From an uncultured Candidatus Entotheonella sp. (GTDB taxonomy: Bacteria; Tectomicrobia; Entotheonellia; Entotheonellales; Entotheonellaceae), in contig OZ244252.1 in assembly GCA_965217185.1 (NCBI GenBank), forward strand, positions 3,840,001 through 3,904,000: a DNA stretch of 64,000 nt, in the 5' to 3' direction. Shown here in pieces: positions 57,007 to 64,000 of this stretch (the first letter of the stretch is position 1; each line of letters starts with the position of its first letter). Below the pieces are notes generated by a model. It worked only from the letters and a program-made list of their open reading frames with translations. It ran no database searches and was not told the origin of the DNA. The translations under genes and the position numbers were made by a program.

Positions 57007-58947
57007 TCAGGAATTGCAAAAAGCTTCCAGGGCCGCCTCCGCTCTGCCGCAAGACACCCAAAGCTCGGGAACAGCATGACAGAGGTATTGGAGGCACCAG
57101 TGGAACGCGGCGCCCTCATTCTTTTCCAACTTGCCAAAAGCCAGTTCCGTCAGCCAATCGCCGACAAATTCCCGCCAGTCATTCAGGTCTGCGCGGCTTG
57201 CAGCGGCTACAAGGCATATCCGCATGGCGTCTTCGACAGACAGATTATATTGGGCCTCTCTCCCGTACCGGCGTACGACAATTCGCAATGCGTCGGCAAG
57301 TCTGCAACTTCTGGTCACCGCGGCAACCGTAGCCAACCCATCCAGGACATAAGGGAGTTGTGACTTTTCTTCCAAGCCTGAAATTTGATAACCGCTTAAT
57401 TTCAGAAGCGTTGCCGCCGATTCGGCCTGTCGTGATTCCATACGAAAAATCTGGGCAGTATTCACAAGTGCAATGAATGATGGCACTTCCGCCTTTTCAG
57501 TACTCAGTTGACCTGAAATTGCCTCAGCATATTCAGTCGGCAACGGGTTCGGACTGGTTCCACCTCCTTCCAGCGGCCCAGGAAAGTACGGACGGAAGAA
57601 CTCGCTGCGTGAACGGAGACTTCCGGGGCCGTCACCAAGAACAAGGGCACGCACCTTGCTGCCCTTGATGTTGTCTTCATGATTCCTGGCTGTGATCATG
57701 ACGCGGCCGAAGAATTCCGCCTGCAATTGCGACGCACTTCCAAGATTGGGTGTCCAGCGCGGCTCCAAACGTAGGTCCGCGAGAGTCTGAAAATAATGCG
57801 CTCCGCCGCGGTTTTTGATGGCCCAATCACAGAAGGCGTCACCGCTGATTCCGGCGTTCACATACTGGCGATGAATCAGCGATGCCTGAGCCAAGGACGC
57901 CAATCTTCTGTAGAAAGGGGGTTCTGCTGAGAACAACCGTGTTCTGGACAACTCTCCATCCACTAAACCGAACAACGCCGAAAGAATCTTGAAGCCACTG
58001 CCTGCGTCCTCAACATTGTCGTCTCGAATCTGTTCAATAAGCCGAATGAGAATCGATTCGATTCCGGATCTTTCTGGAAGAATGCGCAAACCGACCTCGA
58101 TCGCACCTAACTGCGAGATTCTGTCCCCATGCATTTCCAACCAGTCAAAAGCGCGGAGGAAGTCTTCATCTCCCAAATGTTCCACATTGATTCCAGCCGT
58201 TAGGGAAGAATGCGAACACAGGAAGAGGCTGAACAGGAACCCGTCATAGCGTTTCCAGTCGGACAACTGCTCAAAAAGTTGTCGCGCCGTTGCTGCCGCG
58301 TAATCTTGCACGGAGGCGCTCCCGTCGTATGCGCCCACCAATCGCTCAAAATATCTGCGAGAAGGGGGCACGAGGCTGGATATCCTGCTTTTTCCGTCTG
58401 TCAATTCCCGGCGTATGACGCGCGACACATGAACCGGCGTGTCGCGAATATCGTTGTAAAACTCGTCAACTTCTTCGTCTTCAAGAGGCCGTCCAGAAAA
58501 GATATGGTGCCAATTGCGGCGTTCTCTGGAGGGCAATTTGACGTCAGAGGATGCCTCTTCAAACCGGCGCAAGCGTGTGGTTTTGTCTGGTGAGAGCACA
58601 TTAAGATCCGGCAAATCGAGACTCTCATCACCGCGAGTGATGGTAAGTATCGGGGGTGCATTTTCTCGGAGTTTGTTAATCAGTTTCCATTCCTTGCCAG
58701 TGGTATCAGCCATTTCCACTGGAGGGGATCCCGAAAGGACTTTCCGGGCGCCATCGAAAACTTTGGAACGCTGAATCGACACGCCCGAATCACCGAAACC
58801 AAGAATGGCCTCGGTCCTGAATCCGAATTCAAATTTGAATTCGGATCTGAATGCTGAGTCGTCGAGCAGAGTCTGACGGATCAACGGAGGCGCGAGTTCC
58901 ATTGCGGCGTGTGCCAAGGTGGCCCTGAGATAAGGATTATTCGTCAT
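57007..58947 (-). CDS. Uncharacterised helical protein of about 646 aa
   Basis: Long ORF with lower GC; its ATG lies inside the 3' end of the upstream gene. Confidence 0.75.
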   Translation of the reverse strand: MTNNPYLRATLAHAAMELAPPLIRQTLLDDSAFRSEFKFEFGFRTEAILGFGDSGVSIQRSKVFDGARKVLSGSPPVEMADTTGKEWKLINKLRENAPPILTITRGDESLDLPDLNVLSPDKTTRLRRFEEASSDVKLPSRERRNWHHIFSGRPLEDEEVDEFYNDIRDTPVHVSRVIRRELTDGKSRISSLVPPSRRYFERLVGAYDGSASVQDYAAATARQLFEQLSDWKRYDGFLFSLFLCSHSSLTAGINVEHLGDEDFLRAFDWLEMHGDRISQLGAIEVGLRILPERSGIESILIRLIEQIRDDNVEDAGSGFKILSALFGLVDGELSRTRLFSAEPPFYRRLASLAQASLIHRQYVNAGISGDAFCDWAIKNRGGAHYFQTLADLRLEPRWTPNLGSASQLQAEFFGRVMITARNHEDNIKGSKVRALVLGDGPGSLRSRSEFFRPYFPGPLEGGGTSPNPLPTEYAEAISGQLSTEKAEVPSFIALVNTAQIFRMESRQAESAATLLKLSGYQISGLEEKSQLPYVLDGLATVAAVTRSCRLADALRIVVRRYGREAQYNLSVEDAMRICLVAAASRADLNDWREFVGDWLTELAFGKLEKNEGAAFHWCLQYLCHAVPELWVSCGRAEAALEAFCNS

Positions 58948-61900
58948 CTCGTTTCCATTCGTCCGGTTCCCTGTCGGCAATTTCCGAAATAAGGCTTCGT
59001 TCCTGTTCGACGACCCAGGCGTAAAGGTCGTGGTCTTGTTCCTTCATGGGAACCAAAACCCGGTCTTCCAGCCAACTCCAGTAGGCGCTTTTGGTCTCCT
59101 GCGGGGCACCGGAAGGAGGTGTGAACAGAATTATGGTCAAAAGACCTTGTTTGGTCTTGGCTACAGATTCTTCATTCTCGACTCCAAATCTGTGAGCCCA
59201 GCCGCGAACGTTAATCTGTTCCATGATCCAGTCTGAGCGAGCCTTAACGGCTGCCAGGTCTGAGCCGGCTCGCCACAAACCTTTCAGCGCCCGGATGAGT
59301 ACGTGAAGAGTCGTATCCAGCCAAGCAATCTCAGGCGGAAGTTGAAGCCACCCACTCATGCGAACACAAAGGATGTTTTCCCGAATAGCCTTCAACTCCG
59401 CCGTTTCAATGACTTTGTCGTCTTGAACGGGAGAGGCGTTCAGATGATGTGCCAGTTCCGCGTCCTCAACAGGCACAAAGAAATAACCGGCCTGACGGAG
59501 CCGGGTCCTGTATTCCAGTCGGCTATCCGGCGTGATAGCGTCAACGGAGACCAGCCCGTCCAAAAGATCCAAGGTTGAAACCATGAACGTGTCGGAGCCG
59601 TTGTCTTCGATTCGAACATGCTGGTTGAAGAACCTGTCATCCGCGATGATCGCTTCACAATGCTCTCTCAGGGCAAGCATGTCGTCAATCGGATAGGCAG
59701 ATAGCGGCCGTTCTTCCGACTCATCCCCGTGGTGTCGTCGACCGAACCTGATCTTTCCGGTTTCGATTCCCTGACTAAGGGCCGACCGTACGTTTTCTAT
59801 CTTTTCCCTGACCTTGTTGGCAATGCCCTCATAGGCAATGAGTTCATCAGTTTCAGACGCTTCTCTTGGCGACACGACCGCTCTGAACCCCGCGGGCCGC
59901 AGTTTCTCAAGCAGCCCGAGGTGAAGGAAATAGCTAACCGCCAGACTGCTCAAGTACAGGATTGCTCCATCTGCAATTTCAGGCTGCTGCGGCCAAGGCT
60001 TCTCCTGAAGCTGCAAATAGGCCCGGGCTCTCCTGTCTTCCTCGGCCGTTATTTGCCCGTTTTTCCGTAACTTGTCTACAATTGACAGGCAACTGCAAAT
60101 GACAGCGGCATGCTCCGTCAAGTCGGCCTCTTCATCCATCAGGGAGGCGGGTCGATAAACCGGAGCCGGCCGTACAACGACGCGCTGGGTATCCACATCG
60201 TCTCCAACGTTTTCTGCCTCCGTTATCAACATGGACAGTTCATCGCCAACATGAGCCGCCAGATCACTATCCGCCACGGTGCTCGAAACCCATCTCTCCA
60301 GAGCGCCTGTCGCGAGCAAGTGTCGTAGCTGATGCGCGTCCTGAATTCGACTGGGCTGATGAAAGGTGGCCCTGTCTTTTTCCTGAAACAGCCAGCCGAG
60401 AGTCGAGTGCGGTACATAGACCGTATCGAATGCATCCAACGACAAGTCCAGAATATCCAGAAGACTCAGGGTGAGCAGCGTGGTGACGTCCATGCCGACC
60501 GTCCCGCCGACACCAAACGGCGCAGACTGACGTTTGCCGCTATACGCCGGGATGAGTCCTCTACGTCTTGGATCAGGCTCGGACAAGTTTGACAAAGCAG
60601 GGAACAGCATCAAGTGGAGCAGCGACCTGTTGAGTGCCTGCGCTGCAAGGGACATGGGGATTTCGCCACGGCTCAGCAACTGCCATGTTCTGGCCTCTCG
60701 GCGGTCCCATGCAGGCCTCCGATCAAGGATATCCTTGAGGGTAATTTGCTGGATTGGGCCGTCATTACCGGACAGTTCAAAAGCTCTGTGAAGCCATCTG
60801 ATGGCATCCACCTCGTGTTCCCAACCGGCTTTCGTGGCCAAACCATAAGCGGCGGTCAGTGCCTCGGCATCGTCGTGACCTTTATCGGCCACCGCCAGGA
60901 TCAGTTGCTTGGCGTGAGGCGAGTTCAAACAAAGAGATAGCTGAGCTGCGTATATCAAGTCGCCAGCGCTTCGATTTTCTTTTTCCCGATATTCGTCGGC
61001 TACAAACGCAGCCAAGGAGCTCCAGTCCCCCAGAGCGATGGCAAGCTTGATGCCCAATGCTCGAGAGTCCGTATTTGCGCTGTCATCACTCAGTTTTGCC
61101 AGTTCGGAGCGAGCCTTTAACAATTCCCCCTCATGGAACAGCGCCCAGCAATAGAGCATCCGCAGACTTCCAGATTGCGCCAGAATGTCACCATTGCCTT
61201 CGAGCATTCCAACTAGTCGGCCTGCCCTGTTCGTGTTGTATAAGGCAAGTGCCCATCGCTCAGCGTCGGGTATGGACCGGGTTATTTCAAAAAGAGTGCC
61301 TCCGTACTCACAAACGGCGTCCCAGTCATGCCTTCTTGCGCATTCATCGACCAAGAGCAATAAATCGGCCAAAGCGTCGGTTTTTTCAAACTGAGCCTTT
61401 AGAGCTTCAACCGAGTTCGTACCTTCGGCCTCAGCGATTGCGGTTCGCAGGCGGCCCTCCTCTGCTTCTGACAGCCCTTCTTGTATTAGAAGTTCCAGAG
61501 ACTCACTGGCCTTCTCAGGAAGACTGGCACGAGCAAGCGCATCGATCTGGATGCACTGCACCGCTTTTTTTGCAACGTACCTGGAAAGCTCTTCTTCGTG
61601 CCGGGCAATATAGTCTGCCACCTCTCTAGGGTGTTTTTGAGTGACGACGAGAACAAAACGGGCAAGCTCGGCTTCCTGCAGCATGCCCCCGTGAAGGGCA
61701 ATTTGTCGTTCGATTTCCTGTTCAACCGCTGCCAAATCCAACTTGATTCCGAACTGAAGGCCGAGAGGAACGAGACCAAGAGCGGACTTGAGGTCAGAAA
61801 GCCTTTCTAGCAAACGCTGTCTTCCTGTTTCGGAACATTCCGGATCCGTCAATTCAAGCCAAAGTGCGTATTTGTCGCATACCAAGGCTTGGTCAGGGCA

Positions 61901-63043
61901 GTTAAGCTCCCGCGCGGTCTCCGCGCCCTCGGCAAAATGTCGGCGCGCTTTGCGCCGGGCCTTGATCGCGTCAGCGTCGGAACGCAGAGGGAAATTTGCG
62001 GCATCAAATAAGGGCACATTATGGAACACGATTTCGCGAAATTCGGCCGGCACCGTACTCAGGAGATGGGCCATCGCCACCATGTGGCGGAGTGCTGGAG
62101 CTTGGCACAAGTCGTCATCGCTAACCGCATCAATCGTTTCCATAGCGGCATCGCAGGAGCCAATGTGAAGTTGGTGCGCCAGCAGCATGAGTTTACCCTC
62201 GGGATCAAGATCGGTCGCGTTCATGCCAGCGGCCTTCAGCCAGTCCAAGGCTCCCTGTGGACCATGATGGTTTTTGGTGACCATAAAACTGGCGGATCGA
62301 GAGGCGGACGACGCGACAACTGCCAGCGTGTTCAATGCGGCGGCCACATCTCTCTTCTGCGAAGCGATAAAGGCGTCTGCGATCTGGATTTCCGGACACA
62401 CTCCCAGGCGTTTCGCTTCTGTGAGCAGTTCCTCTGCCTTGTCTGTATCTGCAGATGACAGGAGTCGGGCGCACCATGCTAGGGCTTTGGATTTAGTGGG
62501 CTTAGTCCCACCGGAGAATTCGCCATCCAAGAGCATCCTTGCGAGCGATAAGGCAGAATGAACACTATCAAAGTCCGAGAAGAACCGAGATTTGCGAAGT
62601 AGTTCCACTTCCTGGTTGATTTTCTGATCGACAAGTTCCACGGGAAAGCGATGGTGAGAGAAGATATGCGTTTGAGCGACGTTCGAGTCTGTGGAAAGGC
62701 GTTTATGCGCAACTGTCGTTTCGTGTGTCTGTTTGTACGACCTCAGTAAATCGGCCGTATAGGTTTCGGGCTGGCAGTCGACAAGGGTGTGATGAGTTGG
62801 GCAAAGCACAATCAGGTTTTCAACCGCGTTGAGTTCCGCTTCAGTTTGCCCAGTTGTACCTCTAGGGCCTTTTGGGTTCAGGGCATTTATGTGACATATT
62901 TCTCCGATGACACGAGCGTTGGATGTATCGGTGGGGAGCGCGATGACGGGCGTATTGCATCCCGGAGAGGCGCACTCGCCTCCACTCAAAGCGAACAATA
63001 TTTTTACCGTTTCCTGGGAATAATTTCGTCTCAACTTCGTCAC
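58937..63043 (-). CDS. HNH nuclease + TPR-like repeats + PIN-like domain protein (1368 aa)
   Basis: CASPGC...EICHI...NLIVLCPTHHTLVD; long helical repeats; VGMDVTTLL and IIADDRFF. Confidence 0.75.
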   Translation of the reverse strand: MTKLRRNYSQETVKILFALSGGECASPGCNTPVIALPTDTSNARVIGEICHINALNPKGPRGTTGQTEAELNAVENLIVLCPTHHTLVDCQPETYTADLLRSYKQTHETTVAHKRLSTDSNVAQTHIFSHHRFPVELVDQKINQEVELLRKSRFFSDFDSVHSALSLARMLLDGEFSGGTKPTKSKALAWCARLLSSADTDKAEELLTEAKRLGVCPEIQIADAFIASQKRDVAAALNTLAVVASSASRSASFMVTKNHHGPQGALDWLKAAGMNATDLDPEGKLMLLAHQLHIGSCDAAMETIDAVSDDDLCQAPALRHMVAMAHLLSTVPAEFREIVFHNVPLFDAANFPLRSDADAIKARRKARRHFAEGAETARELNCPDQALVCDKYALWLELTDPECSETGRQRLLERLSDLKSALGLVPLGLQFGIKLDLAAVEQEIERQIALHGGMLQEAELARFVLVVTQKHPREVADYIARHEEELSRYVAKKAVQCIQIDALARASLPEKASESLELLIQEGLSEAEEGRLRTAIAEAEGTNSVEALKAQFEKTDALADLLLLVDECARRHDWDAVCEYGGTLFEITRSIPDAERWALALYNTNRAGRLVGMLEGNGDILAQSGSLRMLYCWALFHEGELLKARSELAKLSDDSANTDSRALGIKLAIALGDWSSLAAFVADEYREKENRSAGDLIYAAQLSLCLNSPHAKQLILAVADKGHDDAEALTAAYGLATKAGWEHEVDAIRWLHRAFELSGNDGPIQQITLKDILDRRPAWDRREARTWQLLSRGEIPMSLAAQALNRSLLHLMLFPALSNLSEPDPRRRGLIPAYSGKRQSAPFGVGGTVGMDVTTLLTLSLLDILDLSLDAFDTVYVPHSTLGWLFQEKDRATFHQPSRIQDAHQLRHLLATGALERWVSSTVADSDLAAHVGDELSMLITEAENVGDDVDTQRVVVRPAPVYRPASLMDEEADLTEHAAVICSCLSIVDKLRKNGQITAEEDRRARAYLQLQEKPWPQQPEIADGAILYLSSLAVSYFLHLGLLEKLRPAGFRAVVSPREASETDELIAYEGIANKVREKIENVRSALSQGIETGKIRFGRRHHGDESEERPLSAYPIDDMLALREHCEAIIADDRFFNQHVRIEDNGSDTFMVSTLDLLDGLVSVDAITPDSRLEYRTRLRQAGYFFVPVEDAELAHHLNASPVQDDKVIETAELKAIRENILCVRMSGWLQLPPEIAWLDTTLHVLIRALKGLWRAGSDLAAVKARSDWIMEQINVRGWAHRFGVENEESVAKTKQGLLTIILFTPPSGAPQETKSAYWSWLEDRVLVPMKEQDHDLYAWVVEQERSLISEIADREPDEWKRDDE

Positions 63044-63191
63044 CTTAGCCGAGCTTGAAGAGTGGTGAAGACAGCCACACGATACGACCCATGTGTCCCC
63101 ACTTTTGCAATGTTATCTGAATCGCCTGAAGTCTTCTGCAAGTGTTACAGATCCTGTGCCTCGTGAAATACGCTTTGTATGGGAGCTTTCG

Positions 63192-63950
63192 GTGACACAA
63201 CACCCTCCAAGGGTAGCTTGGACAGCGTTTCCAGACGTTATACTGCTGGCTGGTGAGATGGCAGTCAAGCGGCATCCCAGGTATTCCCAGGCGAAGGCGG
63301 GCGATGCGATTGCTGCAAGGACTCTGGTCGAAGATCTGGTCGACGAAGCGGGAATTGCGGCGGTACAGGAATTGATCGCCGCGGTCAGCGAACACGGTCT
63401 TCCTGTCCTGGTTAGCGCCCACGCATACGAACAACAGGGCGTGAATGCCATTCCGAGCGCCTTGGCGAAATTGCTGAGCGAACACCTTCAGCTCCCGTTT
63501 GAAACAACGGTTGTGCAGACCAACATCGTGTCCCACACAGGCGCCAGCGGTTATGGCCGGCTTGCCCGGCAAGCTCGTTTTGCGGGCGAAGTGGAAGAGA
63601 ATTGCGAGTATCTGTTGGTTGATGACTTTGTTGGCCAAGGCGGCACACTGGCCAACCTGCGCGGCTGGATTGAGAGACAAAGAGGCAAAGTGGTTGGTGC
63701 GATTGTGCTGACAGGCAAGCCGTATTCCGCTAAATTACAACCATCAAAGGAGCAACTGCATGAACTTCGACAGCGACATGGACGATACCTTGAGGCGTGG
63801 TGGCTTGAACACTTCGGCCACTCCTTCGATTGCCTTACTCAATCAGAAGCTCGGTACCTCGCCCGCTCCCCGGATGCTGGAACAATCCGAGATCGACTTG
63901 CTGCGGAAAAGCAAGGAAGAATTATTCAAGCTCAGGCGAGGAGATATTGA
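63192..63950 (+). CDS. Type I phosphoribosyltransferase-fold protein
   Basis: PRPP-binding motif YLLVDDFVGQGGTL; GTG start after GGAG. Confidence 0.82.
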   Translation: MTQHPPRVAWTAFPDVILLAGEMAVKRHPRYSQAKAGDAIAARTLVEDLVDEAGIAAVQELIAAVSEHGLPVLVSAHAYEQQGVNAIPSALAKLLSEHLQLPFETTVVQTNIVSHTGASGYGRLARQARFAGEVEENCEYLLVDDFVGQGGTLANLRGWIERQRGKVVGAIVLTGKPYSAKLQPSKEQLHELRQRHGRYLEAWWLEHFGHSFDCLTQSEARYLARSPDAGTIRDRLAAEKQGRIIQAQARRY

Positions 63951-64000
63951 GAGGGTAGCCTCTGCGGTGAAATGGCTGCTGTATCCTGAGGAAAAGAGTC

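Overview
GC-rich bacterial chromosomal window; no rRNA, tRNA, CRISPR array, transposase or integrase was recognised. (1) 1-11.7 kb (+): a respiratory operon. Three membrane c-type cytochromes (one fused to an ethylbenzene-dehydrogenase-type heme-binding domain) precede an A1-type aa3 cytochrome c oxidase (subunits II, I, two III-like, IV), heme A/O synthases, DUF420 and several small membrane proteins. (2) 11.8-15.9 kb (+): a cytochrome c, then a USP-USP-PCP_red-rubredoxin-PCP_red protein, an Mrp/ApbC ATPase and a CxxC/PCP_red protein. (3) 16.5-28.4 kb: nuclease-XPD helicase, HD hydrolase, DUF2203, aminopeptidase, metK and engB, mixed with two type II R-M loci and a decayed RelE toxin. (4) 28.4-64 kb (mostly -): a MoxR-DUF58-VWA operon whose genes are pulled apart by co-oriented defence and TA cassettes. 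These include GmrSD/DUF262 and a KAP NTPase (both frameshifted), a type IIG/ISP-like R-M enzyme, several TA pairs and remnants, and a DUF1156 methylase with a PLD-SNF2 helicase; further upstream lie an HNH-TPR-PIN protein with a partner gene and a divergent PRTase. The best novelty candidates are a self-contained, structured ~120-nt small-RNA unit convergent with an uncharacterised basic protein (43.65-44.35 kb) and the HNH-TPR-PIN two-gene module (57-63 kb). All family assignments come from motif recognition by eye; no database searches were run.
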